Source of the DNA: Eledone cirrhosa
Lineage: Eukaryota
DNA: 64,000 bases
NCBI GenBank assembly: GCA_964016885.1
Contig: OZ024746.1
Location: 86,924,001 to 86,988,000, forward strand
Direction: 5' to 3'
Below are positions 15,362 to 30,105 of the stretch, one piece after another. The notes under the pieces were generated by a model, which was given only the letters and a program-made list of their open reading frames with translations, searched no databases and was not told the origin of the DNA. The translations under genes and the position numbers were made by a program. The number at the start of each line of letters is the position of its first letter. The stretch's first letter is position 1.

Positions 15362-16465
15362 TGTGTGTGTGTATGTGTGTGTGTTTGTGAGTGAGGGTAT
15401 GTAAAATGTAAAGGGAAATAATAAAGCAAACAACACCACACAATGAAGAAATCTATTAGTTGAACGCTTGAAATAGCAAGAAGCGAGTCTTAATATTTCG
15501 GATACTTGTCCTTCATTAGAAAATACACATAGAAATAGAAGATAAATAGAAAGAAAAGAGTGCGAAGAGGAAGTGACAAGAAACAATGGGGAAAAAGAGG
15601 CTAGAATAAACACACGTAGGTCATCAGTTAGCCATATATTGTACACGCGCGTATATATACATAAAATAGATGCCGAGGCATCTGTATATACACGGTATAT
15701 ACACAACATCACGAATACCCTCATATATAACTGTTTAGAAAGTCTCTTCTTTTTTCAAAGAGATTCAAGATTTAAAATATATTACACACGAAGTTACATA
15801 ACGTTCGTATACGAATATGTGTAAAACAACGTACAGCCCTTTCTCTAAAATGGGGATTTTCAATTATCTCCCTTGTCAATTTAAAGCCGAACCCATGGCG
15901 ATTTACGAACTTAATCCGTGATGTAACGGATTCCTTTAAGGTGTTTTAATAGATGATACAACTTATGTTACGCACACATCGAATCAAAGCTAATTACAGG
16001 ACCCCCTTTCAGTACATATAGACGTCTACATTTTATATTTTTCCGAAGATGGGATATACCCTACTTTGTTTTCGCGTAGAAACATTTACAAACTATGGAT
16101 ATTATTCGTAAAGTAATGTTTTTTTTTAAATTTAAATTTGTCCTTGTCATTGACGAGGGTTACCAGTTTTAGAACCGCTACTCCGCTATATTCTGGTAGC
16201 CATAAATGGACCTCGAAACCGAAAGTCACGCATATATGCTAAGTGTATGAACGTTAACATGAATTAAATAAGCACTCTTGTATCAGATTGGCCACTTTTT
16301 TGCTTGATATTTTATGTACAGTTATCCTGCATATACACACACACACATAAAAAAAGACACTCGATCACAGGTACATACACACATACAACCACACACACAC
16401 GCACACAAACAAACAAACAAACAAACACACACACACTCTCTCTCTCTCTCACACACACACACAAC

Positions 16466-16507
<42 letters not shown>

Positions 16508-16625
16508 AAAGCATGTATTGAGTTAGAAACTCAAAATAGTCTCATTACAGTAACATTATCTCTAGGAAAAAGGTTGAACGCATATATGTATATGTCTGTG
16601 TTCGTTTTTGCTTTTTGTTCAGTTA

Positions 16626-16673
<48 letters not shown>

Positions 16674-17327
16674 TTTATTCTTGCATGAGATTTATTATAA
16701 ACAATTTATTCCATATATCAAAATTGATTTACATGTGAATATCAGCAATTTATAGTTGCTACTCTTGTGGAAACTCAGGTCAGCACTGATTAGATAGTTC
16801 TATAATTAAATGCCTCCAATGCATATTGCTTCCGTCATTCTAGTGTTCTTTCCTTTTTAAGAAGGTAGGGTGTGTTTCTAATGAGATGTCCTACAATTTA
16901 TAGGATGTTGAACGATTGTGTACAGGCACCCTCATTATATCTAACATGACCCATCACACTACAGTAACATACTTTTTAACCTTATCTTCCCTACTAACGC
17001 ATAGTTCAACCCTGTGGAATCATAGGCACTCTTCCTACCCTTTATAGGTTCTTTTTTGCGAGAATGTTATACGAGCTGATTCTTATCCTGGCTCCACAAC
17101 TTTTAGTTGCCTCTTACGACACTAGTGGGGCATCATATAGATTTGTCATATATATGTATTCATATATATAATGGAACTCGATTGATCTACAAGAGATAGC
17201 ATTCAAATCTCTCTCACCTCAGCTTAATATATTTGAAGGACAATTGGTTAAGGAGCTCAAAGACACAGTTTCCATTATATAATTATTAGAAAGTAGATAG
17301 TTAATCGGTGAATATATATATAAATAA

Positions 17328-17520
17328 ATAATTGTTTCTACTTTAGGCACAAGGCCAGCAATTACCCAGTGCATTACTGGTACTTTATTTTATCGACCCC
17401 GTAAGGATGAAAGGCAAAGTCAACCTCGGCGGGATTTGAACTCAGATCGTAAAGGGACGTAACTATGCGCGGAAAGCATGGCGTCCGACCCTCTACTGAT
17501 ACTGCCAATCCACCGCCCAT
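17328..17520 (-). mobile_element. tRNA-derived SINE (OR-type), full length, 5' junction duplicated in tandem
   Basis: Reverse complement of the 6413 family. atactgccaatccaccgcccatatataaataa occurs twice (~17499-17562). Confidence 0.85.
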
Positions 17521-18069
17521 ATATAAATAAATACTGCCAATCCACCGCCCATATATAAATAAATAATGAAATGTTCATGGTCTTAGATGAGAGGAATTTA
17601 TATATTTTTGCCGATATAACAATTACGTTAGATCACTATTACATTGATTTAAACATATGAATGCTAATACCAATATTGTATGTAAGAGTTTCATTGGTCA
17701 TAGTTGACAATGCATTTACATAGATACAGACTAGAACCAGTTCTTCTGCGGGGAACGAGCAGTTGTCTTTACAGAAGGTCTTCCTCTTCTCTCAGCCATT
17801 GATGTTTTCTAAGGAAAAGGCAAGAAAAGATATAGAGCTGCAAAAATGTGGTCGCAAAGGAACTCAGAACGTAAGGTTCCAGAGCCAAACCACTTCTCTA
17901 GATATTAATATTATTTCATGTTCTCCAGAATGATGACATATAAAGGTAGCCGCAACGGTATTCGATCTCAGAATGTGAATAGCCGGAGCGAATTGCGTCA
18001 GGTATTTGGTATGATGCTTTAACGAGACTTCTACGCCATCATATTATTAATACTTAACATTGGCATAAT

Positions 18070-18295
18070 CAGGGGTGGTGGAAGCACTTCTGAATTGGGT
18101 TGTTTTGGAGGGGGTGGGGGTGAAATCAATTTAGCTGTAGTGATTAGTTCAGCTGTTAATATCAATTATATACTAGGAAGGTATAAAAATACTTCAATAT
18201 GCGATAAACATAACATGTACATAAATTGTAGCGCATAACCATAAAGATGTGTGGTTTGGTTATTTGGGGAGAAAAATATAATATAAACACCCCTG
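18070..18295. mobile_element. Possible MITE
   Basis: Termini CAGGGGTG/CACCCCTG with ATAAT immediately outside both ends. Single copy only. Confidence 0.35.
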
Positions 18296-18691
18296 ATAAT
18301 ATAACCTATTTCGTAAGAAGGTTTAATTCTAGACGATTAAACGAAGTGAATGATTTGTTACATATTTCATTGTCTGGCAAAATATGTAGCCTTATATATT
18401 TAATAGTCAATAAGATATAACAGAAAGGAAATCACTGGTTAGTTGATACCTAAAATGACAAGGCAAGGGGGCAATAGCTTCCTCTATTTTAAATGCGTCT
18501 GTATCTTCTGTGTTCCTGTAGTCTCAGAGTAAGTTCTAGTCTAGTACAATGATCGATTTGATTGCTTATATATTCATTGTTCACTGCCAATGTTCAATGT
18601 TAGAAGCTAATACTAAGATAACATGCTTTTAAAGTAGACTGAACTTTTAATTCATCTTGCACAGAACAAAGTTACTATCAAATAACACGAC

Positions 18692-18825
18692 TATATATAT
18701 GGGTGTGTGTGTGGGCGTGTGTGTATGTGTGCGTGTGTGTGCGTGCGCACGCGTGTGTGAGTGTGTGTGTGTGAATATGGGTATGTATGTGTGTTCCTAC
18801 ACGCACATTCATATAAACATATATT

Positions 18826-18901
<76 letters not shown>

Positions 18902-19071
18902 CACATATATATACATACATATATATATATATATATAATATATATATATAATATATATATATAAATATATATAATATATATATATAATATATATATAATA
19001 TATATATACATATATATACATATATACATATGTATATATATAATATATATATATACATATGTATATATATA

Positions 19072-19102
<31 letters not shown>

Positions 19103-19182
19103 ATATATATATATACATATATATATATATAATATATATATATACATATATACATACATATATATACAATATATATATATAC

Positions 19183-19220
<38 letters not shown>

Positions 19221-19241
19221 AATATATATATACCTATATAC

Positions 19242-19286
<45 letters not shown>
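18692..19286. repeat. Compound (TG)/(CA)/(TA) microsatellite
   Basis: Directly visible. Confidence 0.95.
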
Positions 19287-19292
<6 letters not shown>

Positions 19293-21582
19293 GGAAACAT
19301 AGATTCCCATTGATTCTCTCAAAATAAAGAAACTTCTAAAAGCTACCTAATAACGTGGACTGAATTATTTCGTTGGTTTCAAACGAACAATACCGTTCTA
19401 TTCAGGTACGCGAAAAGCCTTTATCCAAAGTATTCAAGCGAATAATCTATAATAAGCTATTTAAAAATAAGTACTTTTATGTTCAGAATTACAACTGAAA
19501 GTTTGAATTGGTGAAATATAGGTGACTGAGAGTGTCAGTTAGTAACAAGAATTTTCTATCATATATGAGAAATAATGAAGCTAATTAAACACTTCCGTTA
19601 AGTATTTTTGATCTTTTCTGACACAGAATCACCCATCTTTCTATACATACAGATTCTCGATTTAACCAGCTCTATAAACGTTGTTATATTTACTGGTCGT
19701 TTTATAAATATCTCCCCAATCGATTAATTTCGTTTTTAATGAATCTAAATGTATCAATTCATTACAATTCATTTGGCCATTTCTGGTGAAAGTTTCTTTC
19801 AATTATTTATTAGTAAGCCTTTGGTAAGTGACATTTATGGCATTTTATTCCATTTTGCTCTTATTTGTAGACAGAATTATTGATTATTGAAAGGTGACTG
19901 GAATGATACTAAAAATTAAAAAGAGAAAATAATGATAACAAAATCGAAATGAAATAAATATAATAATCAATAGATTTAAAGTGCGAGATTTCTATATTCT
20001 CACTGATTGAATTTTATTGGTTATTATTTTACTCTTTCATTTTATTTTATATAATTTTACTTTCTATAATTCATTTCTTTAAAAATTCGATTTCGCCTGA
20101 GGTTTACAATTCTATCGTTGTTTGGTATTGATTTGATACATGGAAATAAACATACGAAATTATAGGATGGGTAGAAAAAACTATCGACTCGACACCAGTA
20201 TGTGCATGGTAGCTATTGTATCGACAAGGCGAGAGAATAAGACAGGATTTGAACAGAATATGTGTAATAAGGAAATAAAAAAAAAATGTATATTGATTTA
20301 CTATTACTGAAACTTTGCCGCTTTACCATTCATGATGATAATTCTTTTTGACGAGACATGAATATATACAATTTAGCAGGATAGATTTAGTCAACTCAAT
20401 GAACAAGTTCTCACATTTATTACTCGCACTTGGTGGATGACAAAAATCGATAGAGGACTGGACAAATCATGCTCAGTTATAAAAACACCCAACATTTTCC
20501 TACATATGTTTGCATATTACTAAATGTTATTCTGAACTATATAATTTTCTTATCTTTCGAAATTATTCCGTGCTGCAAATTATATAAATCCTTATTCATA
20601 CTATATATAACTTCAGTAATTTTTTAAAAAGCTATACCCTATCTGATTCTTATAATATCGTCATATACTGCAAATTATATCAATTATGAAATACTAAAAT
20701 ATCTATCTATATATTTTTGAAGATGTTTCTATGGTGCGTCATTTCTTTATCTCGCGGTGGTTTCGTTTCCTTCAATTATATGAATTAGATTTGCATAAAA
20801 TAGGAATTTGGAATTCGTTTAAAGGTTATACTCAAGTATATTATTACAATATCTCTGAATACTGATTTTTTGACACGGATAATTAACTTCGTCTCTCTTT
20901 ACTTCATACATCCATTCAAAACAATCCTATTGTTTTCCATTCGTCTAGACGAAACGGACTAAAACAGATTTCATCACTTCTATGCAACGTGATATAACAT
21001 TATTTCAAACTGTAGCAGACATATACAACACTGCAAAATCACGTATAATACTCGTAATAAAAATATTCATTGAGCATATGGACTCAAAGTATCAAATATA
21101 CGATATTTACAATTGTGTATACACAAGGTCATACACATCTGTAATCATACATAACTTCACATACACACAGTCTCACATAATCACCTGCAATATAGATAAA
21201 TATATGATATGAACGGATTTACAGTGTTGAGTGTGTGAATATTTCATAATATTGTAGGTAACTCGAACGCAGGAATAGCTGTAATATAGCCAGCTGATAT
21301 GATGAACGTAGCAAATCTTTAATTGTTAGTTTTTAAATCTTATTAATTCTTGTTAATTATTTTTATTTGTGTTACGCAGCATTTGATAAGATGAATTTTA
21401 CTAATATATTGAACCCGGTAATATTTTATATACTTTATAAAACTCCTTTTTAAAAGAATTGTCCCTCTCATATTTTCAATAATGTCACTTTGACGAATCA
21501 AAGAAAGGAAAAAAAAAGAACAGACCCTGAAATATATATTTCCAACTTCACCTTGTCTCTCCCTCTCTCTTTCTCGCTCTCT

Positions 21583-21860
21583 GGAGCCACGTGGTCTAAT
21601 GGTAAGGGTGTTGGACTTACGATCATAATATCGTGGGTGTGATTCATGGGTTGCATGTTGTGTTCTTGAGCAAAACCGTCCATTTCACGTTGCTTCAATA
21701 TACTCAGCTGAAAATGAGTACCTGTAATAGCTGGGGCTTTAATCCTACGATGGACTGGCATCCTATCCAGGAGGATTCTTGTACTCTCAGTCGCTTCACG
21801 CCATGAAACTGCGATAAGCACAGGGCATATGAGCCTTATGGCTTATAACAGACTTTAGAT
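21583..21860 (+). mobile_element. tRNA-derived SINE, second family (V-domain-like centre)
   Basis: A box gtggtctaatggtaagg, tgtgttcttgagcaa, tactcagctgaaaatgagtacc, cgatggactggcatcctatccagg, then an (CT)n/(TA)n tail. A partial copy lies at ~59620-59710. Confidence 0.7.
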
Positions 21861-21873
21861 TTTAGACTTATAT

Positions 21874-21934
<61 letters not shown>

Positions 21935-23924
21935 ATATATATATATATGCGTGTGACGGTCTTTTGCAGTTTACGTCTTCCAATTTTCCTCAAAAGGCAT
22001 TGGTCAGTGCAAGGTTATATTAGAGGAGCTTTTCCCCCAGTACCATCAATATGGGAGTGAATCCTAGATCCCCTGCTTTTGTAGAGAACTTCTTAACTAA
22101 ATGCGTTTGTGAGTGAGTGAATTTGTAGAAGCGTTTGCCTTCGAAATCACCATTATTCTGATATCAATATCTTTCTGATATGTATCCAGGGTGTTTCAGT
22201 ACGTCATATATATGTTTCTACTCGCTCATCTGGTTTTAACGAAGTATTTGGATTTAATGTTATTTATTAACTACGATGAAATTTATATTATCGATCATCC
22301 ATCATTTATTGCATAATAAATATATATTTCCAAATAATGATAACATAGATGAGAGTCATTAATAACAATTAAATATATTCGTACTATTAATATCTCCGAA
22401 AGAGAGGATATAACAAATGGAAAAATCATAAAACTGACACATTTCTCACGAACCAGATTGCATTAGCTGTTCAGATTCACCTTGTATATTTTTGAATGAT
22501 GATATTTACATTGCAAATTTATATATCTATAAGATTTCACTCTTTGCGATTATACGCACAAAACAACTTTACCATAGATATATTTTTGTAAAGCTCACTT
22601 TAAACTGTTAGGAGCTGCATTTCAAGCGTAAATTTATGTATAGTAATTAAGTGTGCAGTAGATCTATAGTAGCAACGAAGGCAACTGAACTGTCAGTGAG
22701 TATTAGAAGGCAGAGTAGGAATAGAGTCCAGTTGATAAACTTATATAATACCTCACATTACATCATGAGCCATGTGAAAAAAAACCCCCAAAAAGCTGGC
22801 TTCTTTTTTTGTAGACATATTCATTTTTGAAATTGCGCTACAATTTTTAATTATTTACTATGTCCCACAGAAATCGACAGTATAACTGTTAAAATGAGAA
22901 TTGTTCAGTTTCACCTTCTTAGTATTAAATATGAGATGATCTTTTCTTGGATAGGGAACCGACTTATGTGGCATCAATTTTCCAGATTAGTTCGTTGCAT
23001 GACCCAAATACGCAAACAATACCTAGATACGGTAGATTTGATCCGGAAATATATGTGCTTGATCTTCAATGTCATAAAAAAATTAGTATTTTTATCTCCA
23101 ACAGTTTGTTAGATCAAGGAATCGATATAAAAAGCAAACTAATCATGGATGTTTGCATTCTATAATACTATGGACGTAACGTTTGCTTTTATTATTTACT
23201 TTATTCATTATAAAGCCCAAAACAAGAAATGCAATTACTTTCATAATATATATGATGGTTGAATATTTAGTAGGAACTGTGCAACAGGCCCAAAATATTC
23301 TTTTATTTTTCATCTGTGTTCATCTTGCTGTATGTCTTAACAAAAATGATGATGAGAAATGATTTATAAAAGAGAAGTAAACCATGTTTGAAAGGCAACA
23401 GAAAATTAAATTCCGTTGGCATTTATTTCTTTACCTAAACTGAAGTTAGAATCCACAACGTATTTTTTTTACAGACTTGCACATCAGCAAAGGTAATATG
23501 GCATCTTGGTATATGACTTCTTAGCATTTTTTATGAACGAAAACTAGAATTGAAATTGACATTTTACTAAGATCTCAATGTTTCTGTTTAGATGCATACT
23601 GGATGATTTCGATTTTTGCTATTATTGTTATTTTGACTGTAAAACCAGAACCTATTTCCCAGCAAACACAATCTGCAACTCGTTTTCCTTCCGTACTTTT
23701 AACAATTTCCCGTCACCTGCATTATTATTTCGTTCGAGACAAGTGAAATAATTCCACATATGAATTTCTCCTGTTTAATTATTTTTACTTACGCAAACAT
23801 ATCAGTATTCCTTATATAGGAAAAGTGAACAAACGAACCATTCGGTTGTCCTTTAAACAATGGTGTGTATTTTAATCACTATCTTTCTGCTGTACATAGG
23901 AGAACCCTCTGACGCGTTACTGAT

Positions 23925-24385
23925 AACAAGATGTGTGCAGGGCGAAGAAACCGTCTTGTACGTTCTCGTTGAGCGGCCGAGTATTGCTGACCTCTAGGTA
24001 TACGCCAAACGTCGGCTGTCACGTGCTAGAAGGATCCGACTATCACCTGAGTCCATTGTGAAGATCGTTCCATCCCTTCTTTTAGTGGGGAAGGAGAAGC
24101 AGATTATATCTGCCTGGTGTTCATGGTGAAATAGGTCGTGTGGTGGACGCGTTTGAAATGGTTGAAGACAGGCCACAGATGAACAATGAGGGTGGTGAGG
24201 AAATACTGCCTTCCAATCACTTTGTTGAAAAAATGGGATAAAGAGGTGGGCATTCGACTGCTCAGAGTATGCGCTTGGAAATGGGAGGGGAAATTCTGAG
24301 AGAGAGCACTTGCCCGAGCTGTCAAGGTTACCTAAGCTTTATATGGGCTTTCTCCATGAGGGACCCTCGGATGTCGGAGAAATAT
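23925..24385 (+). mobile_element. Old 3' fragment of the Tx1/L1 LINE family
   Basis: Colinear with 57330-57840 (e.g. tggtggacgcgtttgaaa, gagagcacttgccc, tgggctttctccatga). Confidence 0.8.
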
Positions 24386-25984
24386 ATTTTGAGGTATTTA
24401 ATTAACTTCTATGTTCTTTCTGTTTAAATCCTGTTTAGGTCAACTTTTTATTATTCTGTAGTCGATAGAATAAAGTACTTGACAAGTTCTTTTCGATTTA
24501 ATCTACTTTATCTTCTCGCTAAAATTCTGATTGTGGGCTTTAATTAGAAACCATTATTTCTTGTAGATGATGTTGTTCTTGTTGCCTTCATAGTTGAGGG
24601 CGTGATCATAGTTGTCGCTGCTGCTTTTGAAAAATGAAAGAATTTCTTAAGAATTATGAAAAGAATCTTCGTGTGATATGTTCAGTTTATATCGACTACT
24701 TCCAGTTGTGCTGCTTTGGATACAAAATACGCAGCGTTTTCAATTAATCAATTTATAGAACCATATAGCCATACAACGATAAGCATTTGCCTTAATAATA
24801 CGAAGAATACCATTTGAAATCAAGATATTCTCGGCAAATATTCTTTTATTCTGATATTGTATTCGATTCCTATATGGTCTGACTACTATTTCAATTTCAA
24901 ATTTCCTTGTATCATTTACTTTATGGTAATGAAAAACATGAGCTACAGGGTTTCTATATTTTTCAGGTGTACATAATAAACGCATGTCATGCTTACATAA
25001 TAGCATTTCTCCTTTATTAAAAGCTGTATGCTAATGTGTTACTATTGTTATTCAATGATATGGACAATTTCCTATCCAGTAATGCATCTAACAATAATAA
25101 CACTTCTTAAACAAAGAAATCCTCGTGAAATCTCTATCCTTTCAGGTTGAGAAAGGCGAAAGAAAAGAAACTTCAGTGAAACACTTTTTCAAATATGTCT
25201 AACATTCTATATTGCACGCAAATAAAGATAGAACGCCGTAGGTAGCACAGCTGTAGAAATAGTTGTTTTAAAATAGAAATTTAAGATGATACTTCATGTG
25301 AGCGCAGATTTCATTGAATTATTAAGAATTAAATCATGAACCTCTGGTTTCGATACCACATGTTTGCGCTTTAGGCAAGTTTCTTATTTTCTGCACAGAT
25401 GTAGGTGGATTACTGAATCATTTACACAATATGAGAAGTAGAAAAATCGTTGGAATCATCAACGAAAAAACGACGCCCACACCCACGTGCTCCATATTGA
25501 AATATTATCAAATATTTCGATAATTAAAAAATGAGTTTGCTTTAATTTAAGCTGCAAGAATGCAGATAAACTATAATTACTAGTTGAATATATAGGGTAA
25601 AGTATTCTTGGAAATGGAAAATATAGACAGAATCGCTTGTGGGAATTGCAGAATGTAGCTGTCTTATACCAGATAGCTGCGATATCATGTACACCCAAGT
25701 GACCCATAGTTCTAATTTTCCCTCAATTCAAAGCCTTAAAGTTTAGGTTAGAATTATAAACAAACATTAATTTATTTACAAAGCACTAGGAAATTTAGAA
25801 AATTGGAAAATATGCTGTTTTTATTTTTGGAATGGTGTCAAAATACAGTTTGTGTATAAATCCATGCCAATGAAGCGACATCCCTACCAATAACTTATCA
25901 ATGAACATGTGTTCTCCATTTGACAGAAGCGTTTTTCTCCAGATGCTTCCTTTAAGAGGATTGCATCCTGGATTAAGCAAAAAG

Positions 25985-26830
25985 CGTTAAAGGGCACAAC
26001 AACATCGGGCACTCACATTCGTCTACAACTCGGGCTCTTTGGCTAGTAGAAATTCCATTTCGGCGTTGTACAGAGGATTAGTGGCGGTCAAAATCGAGGA
26101 CGTCCCAGAGAGATATCTAGACGTCAACTAAAATCAACTGTTTGTCTGTTGTGGAATATATTCGATTCAGGACCCATGAACAATTTTTAGAAACCCATGG
26201 TCTGGCAGTGCTGCCAGTCGGACAAGTTTATGATACCCGCAGGGCTGGTACGAAACGGTCACACAAAGGGATATTATGCCTGAGCATTTCTGACGCAGAG
26301 TCATCTCGAACAGCTGTTATCATGTATAGAGCAGATCTGGCTTTCTGAGGAGTCAGCTGTAAAGATAATCCCACTGCCTTCCTGTTGCCAGGAAGGGCCG
26401 GCAATTACTTTTATTTACTGACCTTGGAGAAAGAGATTGTGTGGTGGAGGAGATTGAAAGTGCTGGAGACAGACACTTTCCTCGTTAGCTAAGTGCTCAT
26501 CAGTGTGTTCAACTTTCACTTAAGGAAATTCAGAGTGTACGAAGAAGTGATGTTTACCAGAAAATATTTTGAGAAGTGGATGACAGTGGTGAGCATGATC
26601 CGTGTGAAGGAATCTATGCATCTGTGAATAGGAAGAGGACGAATGAAAGAAAGCAGGGTTCTTCGTCGTCAAAGAGACCATAAAGCTTTGTGAGCTTTTC
26701 TAAGAGTACATATATTAGGTCCCCCTCCGTTGGAGAAACACTTTAGGTTACTTATATTTTCATGTAATTCACACTGCGTTGTATTGTACCATCCACGATC
26801 CTTTTGTAAACCCTTGTGTTTAATGAAGTA
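25985..26830 (+). mobile_element. Old 3' fragment of the Tx1/L1 LINE family
   Basis: Colinear with ~57010-57985 (ttgtacagaggattagtgg, ctagacgtcaac, ggtctggcagtgct, gagattgtgtggtgga). Confidence 0.75.
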
Positions 26831-27039
26831 ATCATCAACATCGTCTTAATCAAACGCTTGTTTTGTTATATTCTTTGATGCAAAAGGGAGTATAGGGCAT
26901 CAACATATTCTTCAAGAAGTGATATCTATAATATTTGGCTATTTGGCCCACATATTTGAAAATTATATTTTAGATTTACGACGCATAGATTTATAAAATA
27001 TAAATTACAAATTGAAGCAAACAGTTCATCTCCGTGCAC

Positions 27040-27550
27040 CGAACAGCACAGCGAAGCTAGTAACAGACAACATGATAGCAATGTCCCCAACACCTCCACC
27101 AACATTCCACTTACTAACACTACTACAAACATCACAAACAGGGCCATCGTCACCACCACCACGACCACCACCATAGCACAACAAATTCGAAAATGAAATA
27201 CTTGAAACAGACAAATTTAATACCGTCGCCACCACCAGAAAATCAAAATAGTAAAGACAATACAACAAAAACGACAACACAAGCACAAACACCACTGACA
27301 TCCTCACTAAACAAAACTACCACCACCGCCACCACCAACACAACCACCACTAGTACAACCACCAGTACAATTACAAACATTGACACACAAACAGACAACG
27401 AAGTTACCAGAAACAGAAAATAAACAAAAAACTTGGCATCAGCAGCAACACTTAAATGAACAACATCAACAGTAGCAGCAGCAACAACAACAGCAGCAAA
27501 ACAAAAACAAAATAAAACAAAATAATAAAGGTTCACAGTAATAGCAATAA
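27040..27550. repeat. Low-complexity (ACC/AAC/AGC)-rich tract
   Basis: Degenerate trinucleotide repeats. Confidence 0.7.
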
Positions 27551-27754
27551 CAAAATTAAAATAAAATAAAACGGAAATGTAAATGAGATGGGGTCAAAAG
27601 AAGCTGAAGCCGCCTCCGAGAACATGCATAACACTTTATCATAGACGGCAGCCCTATTATGCGAGGGTGCCAAAAATGTGGTAAAAATATAGTTCAAATG
27701 AGGAGGAAGAAAAGAAAGCGAAGATATTTGGTAAAAGGAGGAGACACAGAGTGT

Positions 27755-28720
27755 GTTATCTGCCACCTTGAAGATCTCTAGTCTTTTGGTTATCCAAGAA
27801 TGAGGAACCATGTCGAATGTGTTATTGTAATCTACCCATCCCATGGCAAGACCAGTATCCCTCCTCTTGCAATAGCTGGTCGTTTGTACCGCGGGATTTC
27901 TTTCGGCATCCTTTCTGTTCGTCCGGCTATAAGTTGTTTATAGTAGATTACCTCAAACACAATGCTTGTTAGCAGTTTCCACATTATGGACAGACATGTG
28001 ATAGGCCTATAGTTGGTAACCTCATTACCGTTTGTCAACCATTGGAACTGTAGTACCTTTTGTCAACCATTCTGGTACTTCATCCGACAGCTAGTAGTCA
28101 CTGAACATGGCTGTCAGTTTTGGGTGGAGATGATGTTATATTCTTTATCCAATATCCTTTCACACCATCTGGGTCTGGTGATTTTCAGTTGGTTATTTTA
28201 TTGGCCAGCTTTTAAAGAGTTTCAGCTGTGATAAACAAATCAGGTTGTTGCGGTGCTTGTACACTAATCTCCTTTTTATCTGTCTTAATCCACACAGCCT
28301 GACTAATATTTTCACTATCCTGCCCCCATATTCCACTCCAGAATATCTTAGTCTGCTCAGCTTCAGGGATCACGTCGTTGCCTCTTTCTTTCCCTTCAAG
28401 CTGTTCAAATAACATCTTCTGGTTGTTGTCAAACATGTGGTTCTGTCTATACTGACTAACTCTGTTCTCATATCGCTTAATCTCTGCGTTGTTTCAGTTC
28501 CTCTATGATAACATTTAGTTTTTTCCCTTATTGTTGTATTTTATTTTCAATCTATCTCTAGTGTCTATGTTTTGTAATGTCCGATTTAGTAAAGAGTCAA
28601 GCTTTCCAATGCCTTCTCTAATTTCCTTCGTTTGACCTTTCAGTCGATACTTCCACCAAGGCTCTGTTTCTCTTGTTTGTTGTTTCCTCTCGTTTTTATA
28701 CCAAGTAATTTTTTCATATT
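27755..28720 (-). mobile_element. R4/Dong-like non-LTR retrotransposon fragment (N-terminal RT region)
   Basis: Minus-strand pieces EPWWKYRLKGQTKEIR, FDNNQKMLFEQLEG..PEAEQTKIFWSGIW, NYRPITCLSIMWKLLTS, WVDY..TFDMVPHSWI. Confidence 0.75.
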
Positions 28721-28917
28721 TTCGTTTGCTTTGAGAATGTTGCATTGGTGAAGGTTCTTCGCCTCAAAGTATGGGATGACCTTGTTTACCTTAGCTGGCG
28801 TTTCTTTTAACAAATATGAGGTTCATAGGTTTTCCACTATCATTGTTCATTTCACATACCACTAAGTTCAGGATATCAACAAATTCTTGCCTTAGCCCTT
28901 CAGCATTCATACACAGT

Positions 28918-29110
28918 AATACACTGGGGGAATTGCTGGCCCTGTGCCAAAAATAGAAACATTTATTATTATTATCAGCATCTACCATTTATGATCTGCG
29001 CACAAATCCTGCCAAGGTCAACCCCGCGCCTCAACTCTATGGGGTCGACAAAGCAGAGCACCAGCAATTCACTGAGGCAATAGCTGGCCCTGAGCCAAAA
29101 GTAGAAACAA
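28918..29110 (+). mobile_element. Two degenerate SINE 3' fragments
   Basis: ctggccctgtgccaaaatagaaac (28935-28960) and caaatcctgccaaggtcaac...ggggtcgac...gccaaaagtagaaac (29002-29108). Confidence 0.6.
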
Positions 29111-29838
29111 CAATTTTCATCAGCATCATCACCATCAACATCAACAAATCATTATCATTTTCATTTTTCAGTGGTAGTAGTGGCAGTGCTGGTGGTGGGT
29201 TGGTGTCATTGTAATGTTTGAATGTCTGACATTTTTGTTTTTTCCTTTTCTTCAAGGCCAATAACATTGGTCACTAGTGTTGTTGTTGTTGCTGCTGCTG
29301 TTTTTGATTTTAGCTAAGCTAAGCTCGTAGCCATAACAACGAGGGAGGTAGGGGATGTTGCGTTCAACAATTTTGAATTTTGTTTTCTTATGATGTTGCG
29401 TTTGTTTTTGTCTGTGTTCTGTTCAGTAGCTTTTCAACTTGTTACTTATATTGAATATACAAGTTGACATCCTTCCTTAATATTTGAACTAAACCCTTTG
29501 AGAGAACTTATGAGATACAATAATAATAATTATTATTATTATGGCATTGGTGGAGGTGGCGGCGGTGATATTGCCGTTATTTGGCTATTGTAGTTATTGG
29601 ACGCAGAGGGATTTTCTATCACTTGTAAACATTTTCTTTCTTGAATATAAAATCTTTAATATAAAATTAAATATTTGAGTTATATTCCGAGATATTATGT
29701 GGTCTCACTTCTTGAAGGTCCCATTTGCAATAAAAAAAATATCATATAACAGGTGTTTTAAATATTAAAAAAAAAACATAAACTTACGGGAGCAAATCCA
29801 TAACAATTATGTCGGCCCTTGTGGGCAATAAATGAAAC

Positions 29839-29907
<69 letters not shown>

Positions 29908-29908
<1 letters not shown>

Positions 29909-30105
29909 GGGCGGTGGATTGGCAGTATCGGTAGAAGGTCGGATGCCATGCTTAGCAGCAAAGAATTACGGCCCTTTATGGTCTGAGTTCAAATCCGACA
30001 TGGTTAACTTTGCCTTTCATCCTTACGGGGTCGATAAAATAAAGTACCATTAATGCACTGGGTAATTGCTGGCCTTGTGCCAAAAATAGAAACAATTATT
30101 ATTAT
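29908..30105 (+). mobile_element. tRNA-derived SINE (OR-type) inserted in an (ATT)n tract
   Basis: Same family as 6413; preceded by (ATT)n at 29840-29908. Confidence 0.85.

Noticed and set aside
16148-16228. TTGACGA...hairpin...GAAA motif
   Set aside because: Stem I and stem III cannot be formed convincingly.
27026-27536. Thr-rich/mucin-like or hydrophobic ORFs; also poly-Leu ORFs at 29832 and 53331
   Set aside because: Trinucleotide low-complexity tracts with stops; no splice or homology support.
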